Shown here: positions 13,110 through 25,270 of the stretch, piece by piece
Layout of the letters: each line of letters opens with the position of its first letter
How positions within the stretch are numbered: position 1 is the first letter of the stretch
Origin: Octopus sinensis
Taxonomy: Eukaryota
Assembly: GCF_006345805.1 (NCBI RefSeq)
Contig: NC_043004.1
Location: forward strand, 75,888,001-75,952,000
Direction of reading: 5' to 3'
DNA: 64,000 nucleotides
Program-made: the position numbers and the translations under genes
The notes under the pieces: generated by a model
Seen by the model: the letters and a program-made list of their open reading frames with translations, nothing else
Databases searched by the model: none
Told to the model about the DNA's origin: nothing

Positions 13110-13630
13110 TAATTGACAGCAGGATTTAATCCCAGAATATAAGAAACAGGAATAAATATTATCTTCAAATTTTGGCACAAAGCCAGAAAGTTTAGGCAGG
13201 GATGAAGTCAATTTCATCAACCCCAGTATGCAGCTGGTATGTATTTTATCAACCCCAAAAAGATGAAATGTAAAGTCAACATCAACAGAATTTAATCTCA
13301 GAATGTAATGACAGATTAAATGCCGCCAGGCATTTTTCCAGGTACGGCATGCAGATGGTTCTGCCATCTCACCAACTAGTAGCAGATGGTTCTGCCATCT
13401 CACCAACTAGTAGCATACAGCAAGCTGGCAGAGATGTTAGCACGCCGGGCAAAATGCTTAGTGGTATTTCATCTGCCGCTATGTTCTGAGTTCAAATTCC
13501 GCCGTAGTTGACTTTGCTTTTCATCCTTTCAGAGTCAATAAATTATATACCAGTTGCATACTGGGGTCAATCTAATTGACTGGCCTGCTCTCCAAAAATT
13601 TCGAGCCTTGTGCCTGGAGTAGAAAAGAAT
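13110..13630. mobile_element. Two head-to-head tRNA-derived SINEs (family B) with a 31-bp tandem duplication between them
   Basis: GCTGGCAGA..GTTAGCACGCCGGGC..GAGTTCAAATTCC..CTTTCATCC motif on - (13110-13350) and + (13424-13630). GCAGATGGTTCTGCCATCTCACCAACTAGTA occurs twice at 13350-13411. Confidence 0.8.
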
Positions 13631-13794
13631 ATTGCAAGGCATTTCTAATAACTCAGACAGCCAAGGTTGTGAGAAAGTAGGGTAATTTCTCTGGCAGGGA
13701 ATATGGATTGTTTGTGCCTCCTATAAAAAACTTGTATAGTTCCTAGCTGTACAACCAATGTCAGTGAGAAATCTGGAGAAATGATATTGATAGT

Positions 13795-14615
13795 CATCAT
13801 CATCGTTTAACGTCCACTTTCCATGCTAGCATGGGTTGGACGATTTGAGGGCTGGCGAACCAGATGGCTGCACCAGGCTCCAATCTTGATCTGGCAGAGT
13901 TTCTACAGCTTGATGCCCTTCCTAATGCCAACCACTCCGAGAGTGTAGTGGGTGCCTTTACATGCTACCGGCATGAGGGCCAGTCAGGCGGTACTGGCAA
14001 TGGCCACGCTCAAATGGTGCTTTTTATGTGCCACCTGCACAGGAGCCAGTCCAGCGGCACTGGCAATGACCTCACTCAAATGATTTTTCAATTGCAACCA
14101 GCACAAGTGCCAGTAAACCGATGCATAATAAATGATCCAGTAGGACAAGTGAGACCATAACCCGTGGCCTCTACACGGGATGTAGCCAGTCCACTTATGC
14201 ATACCTTTACTTCTTGGGACACAAAACTCTACTTGTGAAGACCTGTTGAGGCAAGTGAAAATCGAAATCGATCAACATCAATGGAAATTGCAGCTGTGAT
14301 ACCAGTGCCGGTGGCACATAAGAGAACCATCCGAACGTGGCCATTGCCAGCCTCACCTGACCCCCGTGCCGGTGGCACATAAAAAGCACCATTCGATCGT
14401 GGCTGTTTGCCAGACTCGTCTGGCACCTGTGCCGGTGGCACGTAAAAAGCACCCACTACACTCACGGAGTGGTTGGCGTTAGGAAGGGCATCCAGCCGTA
14501 GAAACATTGCCAGATCAGACTGGGCCTGGTGCAGCCTTCTGGCTTCCCAGACCCCAGTTGAACCATCCAACCCATGATAGCTTGGAAAGCGGATGCTAAA
14601 CGATGATGATGATCG
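13795..14615. mobile_element. Two RTE 3'-UTR copies joined back to back (- 13795-14120, + 14140-14615)
   Basis: CATCATCGTTTAACGTCC at the left and TAAACGATGATGAT at the right; internal GTGCCACCGGCAC repeats mirrored. Confidence 0.8.
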
Positions 14616-14774
14616 AACAATAATCAAATTCTCTGGCAAATAATCCCGTGGTTATGATCATGAAGCAATATCTCAGAGATAGGAACAACTGACTGAAAAC
14701 TCATGGAAAAAAGCTGGTATGAATGACAGGACTTGGATGCATTTATGGGAAGACCTCTCCAGAAAACCTTAGGC

Positions 14775-15435
14775 CTAAGTGTAGCTAGGGTGTGTGCCAC
14801 CTGGGGCAGCCCTTCCATTTGCTACCCCTGGACTCCACAAAATAACATATATTACCTACAGTAGACACAAAAGTGCCGCCAGGGCCATCATTCATCATCA
14901 TTGTTCGACCGTGGTCGAGACAATGGAATTTACCATGCTACGCCAGACTTCACGGTCCATCATGGCATTATGGAGGTCCTGTTGCTGGATGCCTGTATCC
15001 CTGGAGATTACATCAGGGTAGGAGAGTGTGCGCCCTCTGGTATTGCGAGTAGATGGCTTCCAGAGGAGAAGAGTAGAAATTACTTCTTTTTCAGCTCTAC
15101 AACAATGTCCAGCAAACTGGACTCTCCTACCTTTCACAAGAGATGACACAGGTGGTAGTTTCCCATATATTTGCATTTTGGTTGGATGGCACTTCCACGA
15201 GAGATTTTGAGCTCTCATAAGGAGGCGAGTGTAGGTTCCATCCAACCGCCTCTCAAGCTTCTTTGATAACGTCCAGGTTTCTGAGCCATATAGTAGAATT
15301 GGTTCGACTGTGGCTTTGAAGATTTCAAGTTTGAAGTCTCTATTTAGATTTGATGACCAGATCTTATGCATGTCATTACAGGCTGACCAGGCCATACCCT
15401 TTCTACCCCTACCACAACCCCTAGCTACACTAGTG
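14775..15435. mobile_element. Small TIR element carrying an RTE-X insertion
   Basis: AGTGTAGCTAGGG (14778-14790) / CCCTAGCTACACT (15419-15431); ACCTTAGGC repeated at 14766-14774 and 15436-15444. Confidence 0.5.
14886..15403 (-). mobile_element. RTE-X-like LINE 3' fragment, uninterrupted ORF end, (TGA)n tail
   Basis: FKATVEPILLYGSETWTL..LDGTYTRLLM..RRVQFAGHCCR..DREVWRSMV. Confidence 0.85.
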
Positions 15436-15609
15436 ACCTTAGGCTAAGTAAGGAGTGCTTTTTAAGACAGGTAATAGCTTCTGACTGATATACTAAGAAA
15501 TAAAAGTGTTTGAGAAATAGCAAGCTTATGACAGTACTACAAAACAAAATGACAATGAAAGCTAAAAACAAAGATATTCAACATGACAAGAGAGTGCTTC
15601 AAAGGGAAA

Positions 15610-15981
15610 TCTCTCTCTACATAAAGCTGAAGTTGTCTGTGTGTGGCAGGTTTGGAAGCCTTCAACTAACACTATCTCCTCCGAGACCCTGTGGCGCAAG
15701 TTGACCAAAATTGAGAGTATGACAGAAGAAGGCTTGCTCTTCCTTCCGTAGATGAAAAAAATTCAAATCGGACCATATTAACACCAAAAATCATTTACAT
15801 CGAAAAGGTGCTTTTTTTCTATGAAAATCCCTATATTTTACGATTGTTTTACTGCTGTGTCGCCATTTTTCAGTGTATTTAAAGAGAATAACAAGCTACA
15901 TAATGCAAAATTTTTACTTTTCAAAAATTCCAATTCTAAAGGGTTGAAACAAACGCGAGCAATGCCAGGCGATACTGCTAG
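15610..15981 (+). mobile_element. Non-autonomous Helitron-like element
   Basis: A|TC start (TCTCTCTCTACATAAAGCTGAAG), subterminal GC-rich imperfect hairpin, CTAG|T end, no TSD. Confidence 0.65.
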
Positions 15982-16284
15982 TAATTAATAAAAATATGTT
16001 ATAAAAATTAGTAAACAGTCTCATTTAAGGAAAATAAAAAAAATTAAGGAAATGTCTTTCAAATAAGAGGTAGTTACATTTTGACTTGAATGAGAAGGGA
16101 TTTGATTGATAGGTTGAGCAAATATTTCCCAAATGACCACCCTGTCTTTTCCTTTCAGACATGGTATTTCAAGAACTACATAGAACTGTATTATTAGCTA
16201 TAAGATAACATTAAATGTTGAATGGAATTGATAATGGTTCTGGTGGAATCAGAAAACAAATTTGATTTTATTCCTTATCATTAT

Positions 16285-16658
16285 AGGCGCAGTTATGGCT
16301 CTGTGGTTAAGAAGCTCACTTCCCAATTACATGGCCCTGGGTTCAATCCCACTGAATGCCATCTTTGGACAAGTGCTTCCTACTATAGCTCCCAGGTCAA
16401 CCAAAGCCACGTGAGGAGATTTAGTAGACAGAAACTGAAAGACGCTTGGCTGAGTGTGTGTGTGTGTGTGTCTGTGTGTGTGAGTGTGTGTGCATGTGTT
16501 CTGCATGTGTGTGTAGTGTGTTGTGTATGTGTGTGTGTGTTGTGTGTGTGTTGTGTATGTGTGTGTTGTGTGTTGTTGTTAATGTGTGTGTGTGCATGTG
16601 TGTGTTGTGTATGTGTGTGCATCTGAGTGTGTGAGTGTGTGTGTATGTGTGAGTGTGT

Positions 16659-16694
<36 letters not shown>

Positions 16695-16915
16695 ATGTGT
16701 GAATGTGTCTCCTGTCCTTGTATCATTATTGTTGTAAATGGATGTCATTCATTTCCAATATTCTGCAAAGCCATGTCTAGTCTTGGAGAAATATGATCTT
16801 GTTTGGAAACAAGTGAAGGTTAGTGATAGGAAGAGCATACAGCTGCAGAAAAATTTGCCTCAATAAACTCCGTCCAACCTTTGCCTGCAGGGAAAAGTAG
16901 ACAATAAAACAATGG
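16285..16915 (+). mobile_element. Old SINE (family A-like head, (TG)n, RTE-type tail)
   Basis: GGCTCTGTGGTTAAGAAG..GGTTCAATCCC head; tail AGGAAGAGCATACAGCTGCAGAAAAA..GGAAAAGTAGAC is shared with 40130-40340 and 48310-48520. Confidence 0.6.
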
Positions 16916-17544
16916 TGATTCACAAATGCTCAAAGCTCTTCAACATAACTAAATTATGAAGAACAATAGTCTTGTCTAGAAGCTGAAAACATTTTGTTTT
17001 ATCATAGAAAAAAAAACAAGACAATGAGTCCTGTTGAAATAAAGTATTTCAAAGATATATTTTAAGAAGATAACATTTCTACAAAGATGTTTTGACTAAA
17101 AGTAAACCTCTTGCCATTTATGTTGAACACATCAACAGGAATGTGTGACTGGGACTACTATGAACAAGAGCCCTGTCGTTAGACATAGTTCTTTTTTCTT
17201 TTTATTAATCATCTTGAACTAAATGTCAGAATGAAAAACATCTTAACCTTGTTAACACATTCCTACAGAGTGTAAGTTATGGAGATTCGCCAAGATAGAT
17301 ATTATCATCTGCATGTGAAACAAGGAACAGTATTAACTCAGACAACAACCTAGCTATCACTGGTTTAAACTATTGTTCCAATATCTAGCAACAAAGAAGG
17401 CTACTAAGCACTTGGAGAAATTTGCTAAGCATTTATCAAGTTGCTTGTGAAAAAAAAAATACGAAAGCACAATTTCACATGCAGGAAATAACTACCCTAA
17501 TACAAAACTAATCGGCCAACAGGAGTTCTTTGTTGTTGTCGCCA

Positions 17545-17745
17545 TCGTCATCATCATCATCATCATCCTCATCATCATCATCATCATCAATCATCATCAT
17601 CAACCATCATCATCATCATCATCAATCATCATCATAATTTTCCTCCTCTTCATCATCATCATCATCATCATCTCCATCAATCATCAATCATTATCATCAT
17701 CATCATCATCATCATCATCACCACCATCAATCATCATCAATCATT

Positions 17746-17789
<44 letters not shown>

Positions 17790-17792
17790 ATC

Positions 17793-17884
<92 letters not shown>

Positions 17885-17927
17885 ATCACCATCATCATCA
17901 TCATCATCAATCATCATCATCATCAAC

Positions 17928-17977
<50 letters not shown>

Positions 17978-17990
17978 ATCATCATCATCA
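17545..17990. repeat. (ATC)n/(ATCA) microsatellite
   Basis: Direct reading. Confidence 0.95.
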
Positions 17991-18475
17991 TTCCCTGGAC
18001 ATTATTGTCTCAAGTCCTAGGACTTAGGATTGGCACCCAGCTTTTATGGTGTATAAGTGACCAAGACTACATCATTCCCCCTTGCAGGGGGTGCCAGTCC
18101 GTCACAGGGTTCATCTTTTACAGCTGAGTGGACTGAGGAAACACAAAATGAAGTGTTTTGCTCAAGAACACAATGCATCGAAACCTTAGTCATGTGATCC
18201 TGCTGGCAGCACCCTATCCACCAGGACATGCACCATCATTAACGTTGTATGGGGGAACCTGTACACCCCCATGACTGGCTAAGTGAACTATGCTAATTAG
18301 TATAAATGAGCATACACAGAACAGTCTGGGAAGAGTGTCATATGAGCAGTGATAGTGTACAGGTCGTAGGAATTATTGAATAGAGATACCGTGGAGTGCT
18401 TGTTGAAGATACACAATTGGAGAGTAATAAGAGAACCTGAGGAACATTTAATATTATAACAGTTATAGGGCGTCG

Positions 18476-19130
18476 AGGGGCTGGCAGAATCCTTAGCACG
18501 CCGGGCAAAATGCTTAGTGGTATGTAGTCTGCTGTTATGTTCTGAGTTCAAATTCCATCAAGGTCAACTTTGCCTTTCATCCTTTCGGGGTTGATTAAAT
18601 AAGTACCAGTTACGCACTGGGGTCGATGTAATCAACTTAATTCATTTGTCTGTCTTTGTTTGTCCCCTCTGTGTTTAGCCCCTTGTGGGTAGTAAAGAAA
18701 TAGGTATTTTGTCTACCGCTACGTTCTGAGTTCAAATTCTGCTGAGGTCAACTTTGCCTTTCATCCTTTCAGGGTTGATTAAATAAGTACCAGTTATGCA
18801 CTGGGGTCGATGTAATGGAATTAATCCGTTTGTCTGTCCTTGTTTCTCCCCTCTATTTTTAGCCCCCTGTGAGCAATAAAGAAATAATTTAAGGGCGGCA
18901 AGTTGGCAGAAATGTTAGCACGCTGGGCAAAATGCTTAACAGTATTTCATTTGCTGTTACATTCTGAGTTCAAATTCCGCTGAGATCGACTTTGACTTCC
19001 ATCCTTTTGGGGGTCATTTAAATAAGTACCAGTTACACACTGGGGTCAATGAAATTGACTTAGTCCCTTTGTCTGTCCTTGTTTGTCCCCTCTATGTTTA
19101 GCCCTCCTGTGGGCAATAAAGAAATAAATA
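18476..19130 (+). mobile_element. Head-to-tail trimer of SINE family B
   Basis: Three consecutive ~200-230 bp units, each ending (G/C)AATAAAGAAATA or AGTAAAGAAATA; the middle unit is 5'-truncated. Confidence 0.85.
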
Positions 19131-19697
19131 TTATAACAGTTCAGAATATAACAGTGACGATGAGAAGTCGTACGTGATATCAATTTTACTCTTGGTAAAC
19201 TATAAATCGGTAACCATAATGTACTTGCTGTGCCTGTAATGACACTGATATCTGGAATAGTCAACTGAATTCCTGAAGGAAATGAAGTTATAGATAGTGG
19301 TTATTGGCATGGACGAGATTGTGTGGCTGAGAGGAATGCTTCCTGACTACATCGTTTCAGGTTCAATCCCACTCTGTGGCACTCTGGGCAAGTATTTTCT
19401 ACTGTACCTTTGGGCTGAACAAAACCTTGCGAGTGGATCTGGAAGAGAGAAACTGAAAGGAGTCTGTCGCTTATATGCGTGTGTGTGTGTGTGTGTGTGT
19501 GTATGAGAGTTTGTGTGTGTCTGCGTGTTTGTGAAAGTCTGCGTGTGTGTGTGTGTTTGTGTGTGTGTGTGAGTGTGTGTATGTACTTGTGTGTGTGTGT
19601 GAGTCTGTGTGTGCATGTCATGGGTGTGTGTGTGTGTGTATGAGTCTGTGTGTGCGTGTCGGTGTGTATGTGTGTCTGTGTGTGTGTGCGTGTGTGC

Positions 19698-19728
<31 letters not shown>

Positions 19729-20099
19729 TTTGTGTGTGCGTGTGAGAGAGAGAGTTGTGTGTATGTGTGTGAAGTGCGTGTGTATTTGTTCCCTCATCTT
19801 GACATTGTTTGATAGTAGTAAATGAATGTCATTCCTTTCTAATATTCTGTGACAACATGTCTGACCATGGGGGAAATATAAGGTTGCTCGGAAACGGGAA
19901 AACGTTGGCAACAGCATTAGCAACATGTGGAGGAGTGAAGAGAGAGCTGTTGCAACTGAAAATGAGGGAAAGTGATGCTACATTAAAATATGTGCCCTTT
20001 AAACAGCCTCCTTCTTCATCAAGACATTGAGTGGAACAGACATGTGGAAGGGGTCTCTGAGAGGGAGAAGTTTCTGGCCAGACGTTGGAGTAGTGCACA

Positions 20100-20361
20100 T
20101 ACTCCCTTTTACTCTTTTACTTGTTTCAGTCATTTGACTGCGGCCATGCTGGAGCACCGCCTTTAGTCGAGAAAATCGACCCCAGGACTTATTCTTTGGA
20201 AGCCTAGTACTTATTCTATCGCTCTCTCTTGCTGAACCGCTAAGTTACGGGGACGTAAACACACCAGCATCGGTTGTCAAGCGATGTTGGGGTGGGGGGG
20301 CAAACACAGACGCACAAACACACACACACACACACACACATACATATATATAATATATATA

Positions 20362-20414
<53 letters not shown>

Positions 20415-20582
20415 TACGAGGGGCTTCTTTCAGTTTCTATCTACCAAATCCACTCACAAGGCTTTGGTCGGCCTGCGGCTATAATAGAAAACACTTGCTC
20501 AAGGTACCACGCAGCAGGACTGAACCCAGAACCATGTGGTTGGTAAGCAAGCTACTTACCACACAGCCACTCCTGCGCCTAT
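20100..20582 (-). mobile_element. Full-length SINE family A
   Basis: Reverse complement of the 7064-7477 consensus. Confidence 0.9.
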
Positions 20583-22069
20583 GTGTAGCTATGACCATTG
20601 AGTTCTGCTGATCCTTGAATATTCTGTTCTAATTTTGTCTTGAAGTAAGAGTGTCCTTATTTTTAGCCTTTCCTTCTACACAATAAGAGCATCTATCCAT
20701 AGAAAATTTGCTTCAATTAGCTTTTTTTGACCTTTGTAAGTATGGAAAAGTGGATGCTAAAAAAAACGAATTATGATACGGAACATCCACAAAATTTTTA
20801 ATGCTACCCAAAATCTTCCGCATTGGCAAAACCATTGCTTGTTAACCATTTTAATCAACTTGATTAAACAAACACTTGTACAGTTTATTATTCCGTGCAT
20901 TACAGAAGCGTTGGGTTAATAAAAATCTTGCCATAATATTGAGTTTTATGCTAAGAAATCTGTTTTCTTATTGACTTCTGTGCCAATGAACATGGAGAGC
21001 CAAAGAAAAATGTTTTGTGTTTTGGAACTCTGTGTTACAAGATTTTCAGGAACACAATGCTTCTGTAAAATGAAGAATGCTTGGACATTATTGGGACTAT
21101 TTTAGCAATTCAGAAGGGATGAAGTCAAACATAGCTGGATTTCATCATCATTGACATCATCGTCATCATCATCATCAATGTAATCACCACCACCACCACC
21201 ACCTCTATGGCCCTCTCTAGCCTTCTGTGGCCCTCTATAGTCCTCTATGGCCCTCTTTGACCCCCAGTAATTTCAGCGATTCATTCTTCTTTCTTCACCA
21301 ACAATAATTAACAGCAACAAGTACTTCTATGTTGTCACTGAATGTGCTAGAAATATCAGTCAAATCACCTTCAAATTACATTCTACTGCATTGAAAAGGG
21401 AGGACACATTGAATAATGTAGTCCCAGATACACAAGGCTGTTCACAGGGCTACACATCCTTAGCAACAACAACAACAATCTTGACAAACTCTGTCTAAGA
21501 TAAAGGCAGGCTAGCACTGATCCACAGAAAGATTATTCATCATGTTGTAACCTTCGGATAACACTTATTAAATTTCAAGTATTACAGCAAAGAATATATG
21601 GAATAAATCAGCAAGCACGAGATTAATATTATCACAAAGATTCGAAGAGCACTTCACAGTAAATATTTAGCCGAAGAAAATCATGAATGCATTACCAAAA
21701 TACATGGAGAGGAGTGGGATAATGAAGCTTTAAGAAGAGGAAAAAAATTTTTTAAATAACATTCATATCAAGGAAAGCCATACATGTTTTTGTAGCTCGA
21801 AGATTTAGAAGTTGATTTTATATACTTAAGCAGATCAATCTCTTCTGTTTGGTGGTATTTTTTTGAAATTTGTAACTCAGATACTTTGTGAGTAAAAAGA
21901 GGAATGATGCAAGTGAAGCATGGAGTTTCAGAAATTAATGTCAGTAGCTATGTGGAATAAGTATGTGAGATTCTATCTACTCTGTTAATAGCTCTCTGTA
22001 AACATTGTTATTATTATTAAAGACTAGTTTTTGTGAAGGATAATGTCAAACGAAATACGGACCATTCAG

Positions 22070-22455
22070 TCTTTCTTTTAGTTGTTTCAGTCATTTGACT
22101 GCAGCCATGCTGGAGCAATGCTTTTAGTCAAACAAATCGACCCCAGGACTTATTCTTTGTAAGTCTAGTACTTATTCTATCGGTATCTTTAGCCGAACCG
22201 CTAAGTTACAGGGATGCAAACACACCATCTTTGGTTGTCAAGCGATGATGGAGAGACAAACACAAGCACACAAACAAATACATATGTATATATATACAAC
22301 AGGCTTCTTTCAGTTTCCTTCTCCCAAATCCACTCACAAGGTTTTGGTCAGCCTGAGGCTATAGAAGAAAACACTTGCCCAAGGTGACACACAGTGGGGC
22401 TGAACCTGGAACCATGCGGTTGAGAAGCAAGCTTCTTACCACATAGCCATGCCTG
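22070..22455 (-). mobile_element. SINE family A
   Basis: Consensus head and tail present. Confidence 0.85.
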
Positions 22456-22522
22456 TTGATCATAGAAATTATGTGTATCTATCTATGTGTGTGTGTGTGC
22501 TTGTGTATATCTCTCTCCCCCC

Positions 22523-22553
<31 letters not shown>

Positions 22554-22577
22554 ATATATATATATATACATATATAC

Positions 22578-22658
<81 letters not shown>

Positions 22659-23859
22659 GTATGTATATATGTATACACACACACATATGCACACAAAGAC
22701 ACTTGCGCAACACGCATGTGGTGACGGAGTGAATTATTGTTTTAGAAGAATAAATAAACTTTATTACAAGTCTTGAGTACTTTCTCTTCCGGATACACAC
22801 ACAGACATACAACTTGTAATGTGTGTATACGTGCATCTGTGCATCTGTGCACACATGTGTGAGTATGTATGCATGTGGGTCGGGTGTGGGGGGTGGGGTG
22901 AAAAGATATCCATCAAGAAATAATATCTGTTTAATCCCAGTTCTTGCTGTTATCAGTGTGTTGCGAAACCAACGGGGGGGGGGATGGTGTGACATCAGAC
23001 ATTATAAAAAAGAAACATATTTATACATCATTCTATGTCTGCAGCTTGCTTGGTTTTCGTTTGTCATGTTTCATTTTTTTTTTTTTATTTTGTTGCTGTT
23101 GTTGCAACTGTTGTTGTTGTTGTTGTTGTATATATTTTAAACAACATATTTTACTTACATCTACCTACAAATAATTTTTTTTTCCACATTTTTCATTTTT
23201 ACCTATCTCCATCACAAGAACATTCTTTCTGACATTATTTTTCTGTTAAATGCACTTTTTAATTTCAAATATCTTTTTACATTTTCATTATTTAAAAAAA
23301 ATATTATCATTTTTAAATAATATTTAGAAAATTTCTTATTCTGTTTCTCTTTTTTTTTTTTTTACATGTTACCACTTCATATTTTAAAATTACTTTTTGC
23401 TTGTTTTGTGTGATTTTATAATGTTTTATTTGAAATTTTTTTGAAGATTCTTTTTAATTTTTTTTTTTTTGTGAAAATTTTCATAGGATTATAATTTTCT
23501 TGCTATTAACCTCATCTTTGGAGCTGGAAAAGAAATTTCACTATTTACACATACTACAATAATGGGTGCAGGAATGGCTGTGCGGTTTAGAAGTTTGCTT
23601 CCCAACCACATGGCTTTGAGTTCAAACCCACTGCATGGCACTTATGCAAGTACTTTCATTCATAGCCCTTTGTCTCCCACTAGTGATATAAACAATAGTA
23701 CTTATATGCACCAGAAGACCATATGAGAGGTTCTCTCATGCTAAATATCACAGTATTTTGTATTCTAACACAACATCATATTCTAAGCAGGGATAAATAT
23801 TACCCTTTGGTATTAATATTGCTTCTATCACTATTAACCCCTTCATTACCAACCCTCCA

Positions 23860-23985
23860 ATCACTCCAAGAGTGTAGTGGGTGCTTTTTATGTGCCACAG
23901 TCAGATGAGCCTGGCATAAATCACGTTTGGACAGTGCTTTTTAAGTGCCACCGGCACAGGGACCAGTCAGGAGGTACTGGCCTCA
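23860..23985 (-). mobile_element. RTE 3'-UTR fragment seeding the adjacent minisatellite
   Basis: CACTCC..GAGTGTAGTGGGTGCTTTTTATGTGCCAC...GTGCCACCGGCACAGGGACCAGTCAGGAGGTACTGGC. Confidence 0.75.
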
Positions 23986-24686
23986 GGTCAGTGGGTACTG
24001 GCATTGGAGTCAGGGGGTACTGGCATCAGGTCAGTGGGTACTGGCATCGGAGTCAGGGGGTACTGGCCTCAGGTCAGTGGGTACTGGCATTGGAGTCAGG
24101 GGGTACTGGCATCAGGTCACGGGATACTGGCATCGGAGTCAGGGTGTACTGGAATCAGGTCAGGGGATACTGGCATCGGAGTCAGGGGGTACTGGAATCA
24201 GGTCAGGGGATACTGGCATTGGAGTCAGGGGGTACTGGCATCAGGTCAGGGGATACTGGCATCGGAGTCAGGGGGTACTGGAATCAGGTCAGGGGATACT
24301 GGCATCGGAGTCAGGGGGTACTGGCATCAGGTCAGGGGATACTGGCATCAGGTCAGGGGATACTGGCATCGGAGTCAGGGGGTACTGGAATCAGGTCAGG
24401 GGATACTGGCATTGGAGTCAGGGGGTACTGGCATCAGGTCAGGGGATACTGGCATCGAGTCAGGGGGGTACTGGCATCAGGTCAGGGGATACTGGCATCG
24501 GAGTCAGGGGGTACTGGCATCAGGTCAGGGGATACTGGCATCGGAGTCAGGGGGTACTGGCATCAGGTCAGGGGATACTGGCATCGGAGTCAGGGGGTAC
24601 TGGAATCAGGTCAGGGGATACTGGCATTGGAGTCAGGGGGTACTGGAATCAGGTCAGGAGGTACTGGCATCGGAGTCAGGGGGTAG
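23970..24686. repeat. 43-bp (22+21) G-rich minisatellite, ~16 periods
   Basis: GGATACTGGCATCGGAGTCAGGGGGTACTGG(A/C)ATCAGGTCAGG. The track ORFs cycle through frames every 43 aa, as expected for a 43-nt period. Confidence 0.95.
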
Positions 24687-24689
24687 TAA

Positions 24690-24893
24690 AAAGTGGGGCA
24701 ATAATGGGGTAGTGATTCATGTAAAAACAACAAAATAATGGGTTCAGTAGGTTAAGTTTTATTTGTGAAATACAGTTGCTTTGAATTTACTTCAGAAAGA
24801 GGTCTATGTTTGTGATGGTTTGTTGATGTGGGGGAGCTAGGAGTGTGGTCTGGGTGTCAAGAGGGCAGCAGCCCAAAAAAGTTTGAGAACCAC
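24690..24893. mobile_element. hAT-like MITE right end
   Basis: Ends AAAAAAGTTTGAGAACCACTG, similar to the 57420 terminus; left end not found. Confidence 0.5.
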
Positions 24894-24934
24894 TGATCTA
24901 CGACACCATGTTCGATAAAAAAACCCACAAAGAA

Positions 24935-25270
24935 CGAAACAAAACAGGCTCCCCATTGGTTACAACAATGAGTCTTCCAGTTGATACAATTGATGGAACA
25001 GCCTCCTCATGAAATTAATGTACAGGTGGCTGAGTATTCCACATACATGCATACCCTTAATGTAATTCTCAGGGAGATTCAGCATAACACAGAGTGTGAC
25101 AAGACCGACCCTTTGAATCACAGGAACAACTGATTTTTGCCAGCTGAGTGGACTGGAGCAATGTGAAATAAAATAACTTGCTCAAGAGTACAACACACTG
25201 CCAGGAATCGAACTCAGAACTTTACAGTCATGAGCTGAATGTCCTAACCACTAAGGCATTGCACCGTTCA
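24935..25270 (-). mobile_element. tRNA-derived SINE (family C)
   Basis: Minus-strand head TAGTGGTTAGGACATTCAGCTC..GAGTTCGATTCC; body GTGGCTGAGTATTCCACA is shared with 38125-38420. Confidence 0.75.
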
